Source: Catajapyx aquilonaris
Taxonomy: Eukaryota
Direction: 5' to 3'
NCBI GenBank assembly: GCA_000934665.2
Contig: JYFJ02001516.1
Location: 1 to 64,000 of the forward strand
Length of the DNA: 64,000 nt
Below the pieces are notes generated by a model. That model was not told where the DNA came from, made no database searches, and worked only from the letters and a program-made list of their open reading frames with translations. The number at the start of each line of letters is the position of its first letter. The stretch's first letter is position 1. Shown here piece by piece: positions 53,419-64,000 of the stretch. A program made the position numbers and the translations under genes.

Positions 53419-56400
53419 CTACCAAACGGAGCACTTTTTAGGTGGGTTCATTTTAGTTCCCGGGAGGCATCCGTAGGCACGAGAGAAATCGTGCGAGTTG
53501 GAGAGAGGCCCGATGACTCTGATGGGTCCTGGCGGATGTACCGAGGAGCGGATCTTGGTGAGAGCGTCTTCGGGTCGCATTGACCCGCACCAGATCTGAG
53601 CGTAATTGAGGAAGAAAAGCTGGTCGTGGCTCAGCTGGAGACCAGGCAGCCGAGGCTCCTCTCCGTGCTCAGCTTCCCACTTCTTGTAGGCCTGTTGGGC
53701 ATTGGAAAAAGGCTTCAGATTAATCGCCCACTGCATATTTAATGAGCTTAGATCGATACCGTGAGAACATGTTTCATTGGGAAATCAGCAGGATTGATTA
53801 ATTTACTGTTTGTCAGCATGTTTTTAAAGGAACTTGTATATTATTAGAAGCTTCTGACAAACTTGCCATTTGAGTATTTCACACACCTGACATATGCAGG
53901 GTGGGTGCTAACCCATTTCACCTTTTGAGTTTTTCTGCAGCATAGGCGCAGCATCGCCTGGTTCGTTTATTGCTCGAGTTGCTAGGAGTTTGCTTGGAAT
54001 GTGGAGGCGGGTAGTATGCGAAACCCACCTCATTACTGCATGGTAATTCTAAACCTAATTCTAGCTCTTTGAAGTCAGTACAAGTTTGAAACGACGTCAT
54101 GGGTTTCAAACATCCGTAACAGGTATCAAGTATTATGTACATTTTTAAAAATCAGTTAAAATATTGGTCTGGAATTCTGACTTTTAATTGTGTCTCTCCA
54201 AGTCTCCATGAATGGTAGAAGTTGAGAAAATGTCACATCATGGTGCACTGTCCATAACCCCAGTTCAAGAGAGGAAAGGGAAAGTTGTTTACACCAGAAA
54301 CCAAATTAAAGAGACCCACCCCGGTAGAAGCAACTGTAAATGCCATTTTTACCATTTATAGTACCATTTTTAAACAGATTCTGAGGCAAACACAATTCAC
54401 AACTTATTCCCTTATCCTTTCTCGATTTTTTTACTAATATAGTCCCACAAAACGCAGAATAATTCTTTACACATTCGTGCATATGAACACTAGATCATGC
54501 TTTACCCTGTATGATTGCTTCAATCCCCCGTTGTCAGCAATGTTCTCCCCTTGCGTCATACGTCCATTGACGTGGAGGCCAACTTCTTCCAGGCGATACT
54601 GCGAGTACTGATTGATAATGCACTGTGCCCTCTCCCTGAAGGCCTTGATGGTGGCGTTGTTCCACCACTGCTTCATGTTGCCGTTCTTGTCGAACTGCCG
54701 GCCCTTGTCGTCAAATCCATGAGTGATCTCGTGTCCGATCACCACTCCTATTCCTCCGTAGTTCAGTGACTTGGGGAAATGCTGGCTGTAGAACAAGGGC
54801 TGCAGAATTCCTGCTGGAAACACTGTAACAAGAATCTACGGTTATGATGGCTACCTGTACGCCAAGATCAACAAGTAAGATGTAAATAATGGTGCCATGT
54901 TGACACGAAATTATGTGATCAACAATCTGGATAGGCAGCAACCAAAAAGTGGGTCGGTTCCGGACCGGGTTCTGTTTCCAGACTGCTGGATATACTGTAC
55001 TTGCCTATGTCGTTTTTGTTGGGGTCATAAAACGCGTTGACCACTGCTGGCTCGGTGGACCACTTGTCTTTGTTTACGGGTTGCCTCAACTTCTGTAGGT
55101 TGTAGAGCGCCTTGTATCTCATGACGTTTAGTATGTTGGTCAGGAAGCCGTTTTCGCTAATATTCAGCTGAAATATTGACCTCATCAAGATAAGCCCTAA
55201 TAATAAAATTTGGGTGTTCCTTACCGTAAAGTACTCTTCGGAGAGCTCTTGCGCGTCTGTGAGCAGCTCTGGATATCCTATCCTTTCATTCATGGCGTTG
55301 GCCTTTTCCTTTGCCACGGAGCGAGTGTTGACGTCCATCCAGGCGTTTTCATCCAAGAGCTCGTTGAATGCGGCGCGAATGGTGTGGATCATCTCTAAAG
55401 CAGTCTCCTAAAGGGCGATTAAGCGGTCGTTAATAAAGCACAATGGCGCTCAAGGGAGAAACTGTGCTTACTTTGCTGTCGTGATTAAAATTGTCTCGGA
55501 TGAATAGAGCCCCAACGGCCATTCCCAACTTCTTGTTGGTCCATTCCACGCACTGGCTCCAGCGATGTCGCTCCGTGAGCACGCCCAAGAGCACTTTGCG
55601 AAACTCGATTCGCCGCTGCTGGTAATCGTCTATCATGTGGGCGCTAATGTCCATAACCAGCCGCCAAATGGCGTAGTTATGGATCACCCTGGAATTGGGA
55701 ATTTGTGTATGTTGTCACAAACTGATCGTTCAAAATTATGCCACGTAGTGTTTTCATGTAAAAAAAAGAGAGATAAAACTCTCCGATACGAAGTTAAACG
55801 ATTGCACAAGTTTGCAGACCATATAACATTTATGAATGTGTCAATTAGCATGTGAGCGGAGTTTCGCGATAGCTAGTAAATTGTACAAACCTGCGCTCCG
55901 TCCTCCTGAGAATGCGTCCCATTTCTCTAAAGTACGGCATGGCATAGATGACAATAGACTCGGAGCTGTCAATTTGGGTGTGCAGGAAAGAGTTCAGGTA
56001 CTCCACCCAATTGATCTCCGGCACCTCCACTTGAAGCTGAGCCAGAGTCATTTTCTTATAAATGGCACTTGTGTCGTGGCGATCAGCTTCAGGGACTGTA
56101 GCCTGTGGGTGGGGTGGGATGGAACATCATTAAGGGCTGTGTTGTCAGCCAGCCTTTTAAATTGAGGATATGCATACGTCAGGCGCGCGTGAATGACATG
56201 TCCACACACCGCCATGATGGCACACATATCAGGATTGTTCATGCATAATGTGTGTTCATGTAGAGCATTGACTGACGCTCTGCTTGTTTTCATATTGACA
56301 CATCCCTCCCATCCCAGTAACTCACGTTGGCCAGCAGTGTTTCAAAGTGGATGACCTCCGTCAACTGGGCGTAGGCGGTGTCCGGATCAGCCCCCAGGAG

Positions 56401-57143
56401 AATGGCGATGTCGGCCATGTACTTGTGATATGAGTCCAGGTCCCTGCGGCTGCTTGCTTTCAGGAAGTAGTCTCGACTCGGAAGTCCCAGCTGCATCTGG
56501 TCCACTTGGATGATGTTGACGCTGGAGTTCTTGTCGTCTGGACCGACCCACTGCTCCACCAGCACCCCCTGGTTGCAGAAGCCCCGGAGCCTTCCCAGGA
56601 GGACTTCAGAGGGGAATTCTGGTGGACGCCAGTCTGGTTGGGTGACTGGCCAACCTCCCAGCCACTGGAGCACTTCTCGCAGAGGAGCGTCTCCAATGTG
56701 CCGAATCTGAGCTGGAAAATTTGGGCAATGTTGCCAAACATTTAAGGAAGCACTAGTAGAGGCCAATCAGCCTGGTAGTCGAGATGTGTCTCGAATACCC
56801 CCATCTCAGCCAAAAGAAATAAGTTTATCCCGAATTTTTTGAGTGGCCGTAGCAATAATTGACTTTGGCGCATGATTTTGAGGTTAGAAGTGCTTACTAG
56901 TGTTCATGCATGACCGATAGAAGAGCTTGGCTTTTTCGGTCGCTGGGCTGTCCAGAGGCCCAAGCGGTTCCTCCAGAAGATCCTTGAGGATAACCTGCAG
57001 TTGGTCGGCCAGGACTTCGAAAGTGCTTATGCTGCTTCTGTCCTCAGGTATCACGTGCTTCTTGTTCCACGTTCCACATGCGTACTGGAAAAAGTCGTCG
57101 CAAGGATCTACCGTCCTATCCATTGCTGCCAGTAAGGAAGACG
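53419..57143 (-). CDS. Nep1: Neprilysin (M13 metallopeptidase), Nep1-like; 5' exons unresolved
   Basis: Exons 56898-57143 ([19 protein letters not shown]), 56326-56711, 55891-56102, 55472-55688, 55225-55407, 55005-55167 (VNAFY; GC donor), 54506-54822 ([21 protein letters not shown]), 53419-53691 ([17 protein letters not shown]). Phases are consistent. Confidence 0.93.
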
Positions 57144-59092
57144 CTGGAAAGGGCCACGCTTCGCATTACTTAACGTTCCTACTTCCCCAACGGGAAACCG
57201 CAAGTAAATGTGCAGGCACTCATGCGACTTCCCCGGAACCATAAAATCCAGGGATATATAAATTGAAATCAGAAAGACCGCAGTGCAGCACACACATTTG
57301 ACCGTAATCTAAACGGCCTGCAGGACACGACTATGCACTTTTGCGAGTGCATGCAACAGGCATGCCACATGGATTATTGAGATAAACTAGTCAGTTCACT
57401 CTCCCGCTCCATTATTATGTGGCGTACTAAGCAAAGAGATGGGGCACCCACCTGTTTTGACACACTCTTCTGTTAAGCACACACGATGAGACCCATCTGA
57501 AAAAATGAGAAAAAGATGATGACGTTAGACACGGGGGCAAAGGAAATGGGAAGTGTGATGGGAGGAAATTGTTTTCATAATTTTACACGTCGCACAGGGA
57601 TATTCCGTAGTTTTGAGCACAGGAAAGGGGCCCCCGAAGTGCAATTTCTCATCCATTTTAACTGTTGCTCGCAGGAAGCAACTCCCGTGTTACGAATCGA
57701 TACACGGGAGCCGTCTCTTAGTCCCAGACACCCAGCAGAGGAACAGAGAGAGGCTAAAGAAGCTGAGTGATGAACCCAAGCTCGTAAACAGGCTACGGTG
57801 TATTCCTTTCCCCCACCAACTATTTACGGTCACGCTCCCAAGTGCTCCATTCCTTACATCTACCACGAGCAAAGGCAATTTCTGCCAACAAGAGCGGAAA
57901 TTAACTCCTCACGGATGGGAAGTACTTGGGACCCCGGCTTTATGGCATAGCAATTGCGGGACCGTTATTATGTCTTTTATTCCTTGCCTACTATTCGTCC
58001 GTCTGGTATGCGAGGTATGAATAATATTTCTTTTTAATTAACTGACAATAGCGGTTAATGGAGAGTGAGTTTTTGGTGGCTCCTGGAAGCAGAAGGTGGA
58101 AAAAGACTTATTTTGGAAAGGTGGTGGGAAACATTCCGGAAAGTTTCAGAAGCCCTGCAGCTGCGGTTGTGGTTCTGTTTGAGAACTTTTAAAAAAGGAT
58201 CAGAAAAGATCGATAGCGACCGGAAGAAAAATTTCTAGCTGCCTTTGCAATATAGGGATGCTAAAATCACTTACGCCAACTGAGTGAGAAAGGGAGGACC
58301 TTTCTCCGGGAATATTTGTGTAACGAAGTGAAGAACTTTCTTTTTTTAGGAGAAACGTATGGCTTCTTCTGAACGTTGCCAAATTGATTCCTGACGACTT
58401 TCTGAAGATTGTGTTAGATTTGACTCGATAATTTGTAAAAATATGTGCTATGCTGACGGTGTAAAAATGGCAATATTGTTCATTTTTTGCACTGTCAGAC
58501 AAATATTGCGGACACTCTTTTTATCGTACATACAGTATAACACGTGAAAAAGTGCCGCGGGTAGTGGCATTCAACGGAGATATGAAAGAACGAGCGTCTC
58601 CAATAGTATTTTTGCCGACAGGTATTCAGCTTTTTGTGTTCACCTTGACATGTCCTATAGAGTATATAGGACCAGTCTGGCTTTGAGGTCTATGCGCCAT
58701 GTACTTTTTTATACCGGTTCGGCTCAGCAGTTGCTAACTTATTTACACTATAGGTAACCACTGCAGTACCAAAGAGGCTCTCGAGAGGAGATTATCCGGA
58801 AAACACTAAAATATCTCTATCGATCTGGCATTGATTGCACTTAATCTATCTGAAGTACACTTTAAGCTACTTCTGAATCTGTCCTCTTTATTCTCCTTAA
58901 AAACTTATTCACATCGGCTAGTTCCGGCTTAAAATTGTAATCCCAATGTATAATCCGCATCTATCCCCGAGTAGTACTCCAGGCAGCAAAGTCGTGAGCA
59001 AGCACCCATGTAGTGAAGGTGTCCGGACTCCATTTGAAACGAACCCCGGGGCTTTTAATCCTCAGAAAGCCAACAATTGCGTATACACTCAC

Positions 59093-59290
59093 TCGGGTGA
59101 CTTTTGGAGCATGTCTTTGCGTGTGAGTGCGAAAATCCTGCTCTTGTTGGGGCACCGGCATGATCCCCGCATTGCGGCGGCAGGATGAGTCCAGGGCCAG
59201 TGCCAATAGAATGATCCCTGCGGGCAAATACAGCAGCTGGTGGAGGATTACGCCCTCATTTGCGGATAGGCTGCTCGCCGGAGATAACAT
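59093..59290 (-). CDS. Candidate N-terminal (signal/anchor) exon of the neprilysin
   Basis: ATG 59290, hydrophobic ILHQLLYLPAGIILLALAL, donor CGA|GTGAGT. Its phase 0 does not join the phase-1 exon at 57143 directly, so an intervening exon is needed and I could not locate one. Confidence 0.35.
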
Positions 59291-60611
59291 TACACGGGAC
59301 GCGGATCCATCCCACCATCCCCCCCCCCCCCCNCCCTATCCTACCCTCCCTCACACAAACCGTATATACCTAGCACGCCGGCTGGATTGATTTGTGTTCC
59401 TAAACTCGGCCATTTATCAATGCTCCTAAGGGCTCCCGGGTGGCCGGCTCGACAACAACTCGGGCTCTGATTTTAGTGCCCTCGGGGTGCGATTTCAAGC
59501 CGAGAGGCACAAAAGCCGCGATAGGAGAGACTCTGATGTCTAGAGTGGCCGGAGGGTGCTCGGACATCCTGGAGCAAATTGTGGAAGGGTTGGGGTTTGG
59601 TGGCCTGGGAAACATCTTGGCTGCGGTGATCTCACTTTGTCAGTGTCAAAGGGTCAGAGTGTTGATCAAAATTGGGGAAGAAACTTAATTTTATTGTGTT
59701 AGTAGAAGAAGGAGGCAAATGCGCCTTCATAAGGAGCAGAAAAAATGTTTCAGCCAAACGGCTATTGGCTATCAGTAAGGTACGATATATTGCCAGTTTG
59801 CCCGATTCATGTTTTGACCTCTTCAACTGACAAGGGAACAACCAAGGGCGGCCACCTCCGATTTGGCTGAAACTATAGCTTGAGGGGTCAATCATGTGCA
59901 CCCTTGGTTGTTCCCTTGTGAGAGCTGAATGTAAAAGAAATATTTCGCGTTCTCATTATTGTTCGTGCCTTCTCATGCTTTTTCAGTAGGAGGCACGAGT
60001 TCAAATATGCATAGGAGACGTGATTCATAGGTCATATTTAATATTAAGATTCTAACTGAATTGTGCGTATTAACCAGCTGCCTTTTGCTAACTAGGCAGT
60101 TCCCAGCAGTTTCTTCGAGAATGCACCAAAAATATAAGTGCCCTAAAGGAAATAGGGCTTTAACGTCTTGTACTGATGATATAAATTCCTAAGCTATAAT
60201 TTGAAGGAATGGCCCTCATCCTGACTTTTTGTGCAGGACAACCATCCCTTGTAACTTTACTGGGCATTATACTTCTTGTCTAATAGTTGGTAGCACCGTG
60301 GGCGAAATTGGCACATATTGCAATGTCAGGATTTCTAATTCGCTCAAGAAGACCGACAGTCCCCGTCATGTATGGCTAGAATTTTGACGGCAGTGTAATA
60401 AACCCGATATTGCATTGCAGATGAGCACGTTTCACGACTGTCAGATATTCCATGTGTCATTTTGAATTCAATTATCTTTTTCCTCTGTGAGCATTTCTGC
60501 CGAAGGGAATGTTGTGTAACTATTTTCGTCTCCGCATAATAAATTCCGCATTTTGTAAGTTTTGCAAATATTACAAAGGAATATATCAAATGCAGAATAA
60601 TCATAGTCACA

Positions 60612-61001
<390 letters not shown>

Positions 61002-61115
61002 AGTCACATTTGACTTATTTTAGCAATGGGGCTTGAAGTTTGGAGATTGCATTATCTTCTAAGAGGTGGATCCCCCCACCCACACCCTAGCCAGCTACAG
61101 ATCGGTCGCTATACG

Positions 61116-61202
61116 AACGCAACCGAGTGGCCAATTTTATTACATGAAGGAATACAGTTTGTAATAAAATTCCTGTAATACAATTGGCCACTCGGTTGCG
61201 TT
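61116..61202. mobile_element. Short palindromic MITE-like element
   Basis: Perfect 21 bp inverted repeat AACGCAACCGAGTGGCCAATT / AATTGGCCACTCGGTTGCGTT with partial inner pairing. Confidence 0.6.
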
Positions 61203-64000
61203 GGGGTCTTTTTTTTATGAGAATGGAATTTAGTAAATGAGAACTGAGATAATTCAATGTTGTCAAAAATGAATAACAAAGTTTTCTGGTTTTCTTCCAG
61301 CCGGGAATATTATGTAGAAGTAAATGAATATCCTGATGATGTTAGAATGATGCTGTTGGGAATCATGATGATGAAATTACTTTATACCCTCAATTTTCTT
61401 TTGTCAGTGCTTCAACCCCATCTAACATCAGTTGTCTCTGATCACACAAGGGCACCTTCCCTCTTTTGACTTTTTTGGGAATTTTTAAATATATGTTAAG
61501 GACGAAAATTGCCGAGCGCATACATATCGTGGTTTGACTTCTAGTCTCGGTGTTGGAAACACACCAGCACAATAATAGTGCATTTCCAAATTACGTTCAT
61601 CTAGCCGATACATTATGCAGTAATACGTTAATGTAGTTTTAGGGCACATTTATCTGTGCAGTCCATTAAGTATGAAATTGCATATATTTATAGGGACGTG
61701 ATTGCAACAAATTCGATTTGCCGCTTGTATTACCTTTTCCTATCCCGCCCGCAAAGGCCCGTGGATGACATGTATACATCAGCCTTTATACCGCTGTACT
61801 GTACAAACACCTTTTAAAAATGTATTAATTGAGAGTTGATGAGGACACATTCAGCATTAACGACCGATTATATGAAGGCAAAATGTCCCAAATTCTGGAA
61901 TTTTTCGGGTACAAAATATTGGATAATTTGGCAGAAATCGTTGTGTGAGCACACTTTTTTTCAAATATCTCATGAAATCGAATGCTCCGAATTCTTCCCA
62001 TTATCCGAGAAAATTAGCGATTTTCTCATAACACCTCCTTACAGTATCTTGACTGACCGCATCTTTTACGACCGTCTCTCTGTGCGGATTAACCACACAC
62101 TGCCTCATAAATAGCAGACAAGGTTTGTAATGGTCCGATTTGCGAAATCAGTTGGCATTCTAAAGGAGGACGAACATTTACAGTACTTATGGATATTCCA
62201 TTTTTTTAAGTTTCAAAAATTAATAGAAATAGTCATCTGCTGTATATATCGTAGAAAGTGACGATGCGTTTCACGAAGGTTATACTGTACTCTTTGAGGT
62301 TTGATACACTGCCGTTAATTCGGGTCGAAGCAATTACCTAAACTGCATTAAGTCATTAATATTGCAAGTTAAGGACCTTCATCGCCAGAATATCTTATAA
62401 GTCCGTTAGGAGCTCAAGCATAAAGTTTATTGGATTATGCATTTGACAAGTCACTGCACCCACCCATAAGCCATACTTGAACCAGTTATATGATATACGC
62501 AATATCTCTCCCAATGAACCCTTCCTGCTAGTAATGGGCAAGGTAATCGCATTAACACATTGCATTATTTGTGAGAGAAATGGCGAGTCTACTACTGTAT
62601 GTCCACCTGTTTCATTCTTAAAACATATTTTGCATCGTAGAGTACATATGCCTACATGCACACATACACAGCCCATTTTCGTCCTGTCATAAAAGTGCAA
62701 TTTAATACAGACATTCTGGGGTTGTGAGTTATCATTTCCAGCATAAGCAAGTGTCGTCTGCAATACTTTTTTTCCCCCTCAGTGTAACTGTTCGATTTTA
62801 TTGGGAGAGGTGTGCACATGGCATGCACTCCTACTCTCGCAGGAAGATGTCAGAAAACCATTTTTACGCAAGTCTAGTTGTACGATGTGGTGGATTTGTA
62901 TTCGATTTTTTATAACGTCGCAAACAGTACAGTAGCCCATTATACACTGTACTCTGAGACAATGTATAGTGTTGGACTTTACAGAAAATATTATACCGCT
63001 TTCTGCCTATACCTGTGGACATAAAATATTAATTGCATGGCATGGTACAGTACAGGATATTTACATAATTTATCCCACTGCATGGGTTTAATTAAAGTAA
63101 CGAGTTTTTATAGGACGACAGTTACGATACGTACTCGCTGCACGGTTTAATTTACTCTTGTGAGGTCATGCAGTACTAAGGAATTAAGCTTTTGCATGGT
63201 TATTTGAGGTTTTGAAGGCATACTTTCCACAGTGTAGACGTAATCCGATTAGCACTACAGTATAATATCTTGCTTTGTATACTGCTCCTGAATCAAACCG
63301 CATGGGAAGCACTGTGCTAGGTGCTACTTAACGTGATGACTGTTATAAATGAATAAGTGACATATACATGACAATGGTTTTGTATTTGCAAAGTTGAATT
63401 TGATATCTTGAGATTGCCTTAGACAAGGTATTGTCTAGGGAGATTGCTTTACAACGAAGAATTAACTGTCTTATTATTGAACCAAATAAATGCGTTGTAC
63501 TGTACAAAGAATGAGTAAAGGATGAGTTTCACATAGAGTTATTCATATTTGGAACGAGTTTTACGCACTTGCATATAGGCAAACTACACAAATTGATGCA
63601 ATCCCATTCGATAACTAATAAGACAGTTTTACTAAATTGTGATTGTGTCACTGCAACATCCAAATACATCATAAAAGACGGAAATGGAACCATTTCACAT
63701 ATTTTTATGTCCATTGCAAGTATTTGCAATGTAATTATTATTGTGTGTTATGTTTTATTTTATGCACATAAGTCAATAGGATATTGGCAATCGCATTTAC
63801 ACGGCCGAATCTCTCATTTTAAAATGCATGCTGCATAAATTGTAACTTACTGTATTCATCTCATGTTAAAATTATCTCTTGTGTTATTGTATGAGACTTT
63901 AGTAAACGTTCTGCACTCAAAAATGGTTGGGATTGTTCGCAGTCTGCATATATTTACTTTTGCATCATGGCATATAGTCCTGGGAAAAAGCTGAGGGAAA

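Overview
Eukaryotic genomic DNA from an arthropod, probably a non-dipteran insect (inferred from gene content, short introns and SINE type). It is not prokaryotic. I reconstructed eight spliced genes exon by exon with consistent GT/GC-AG phases: plexin domain-containing protein (PLXDC-like, -), ZC3H10-like CCCH zinc finger (+), dephospho-CoA kinase (DCAKD, -), acyl-CoA-binding protein (-), RpL37A (+), a FAM134/RETREG ER-phagy receptor with C-terminal LIR (-), an Ephexin-type DH-PH-SH3 RhoGEF (-) and a neprilysin (M13, -, 5' end unresolved). The window start holds an unusual Pro/Thr/Ser-rich tandem-repeat ORF that ends in a transposase-like HTH/NLS, followed by decayed transposase-like sequence. 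Non-coding DNA contains two tRNA-derived SINEs with TSDs, several MITEs (piggyBac-, Tc1/mariner-, pogo/Tigger-like), near-perfect palindromes, a GU-rich hairpin in the RpL37A intron, an E-box cluster, and an apparently decayed duplicate of the Ephexin 5' exons. All family assignments come from motif recognition by eye; no database searches were run.
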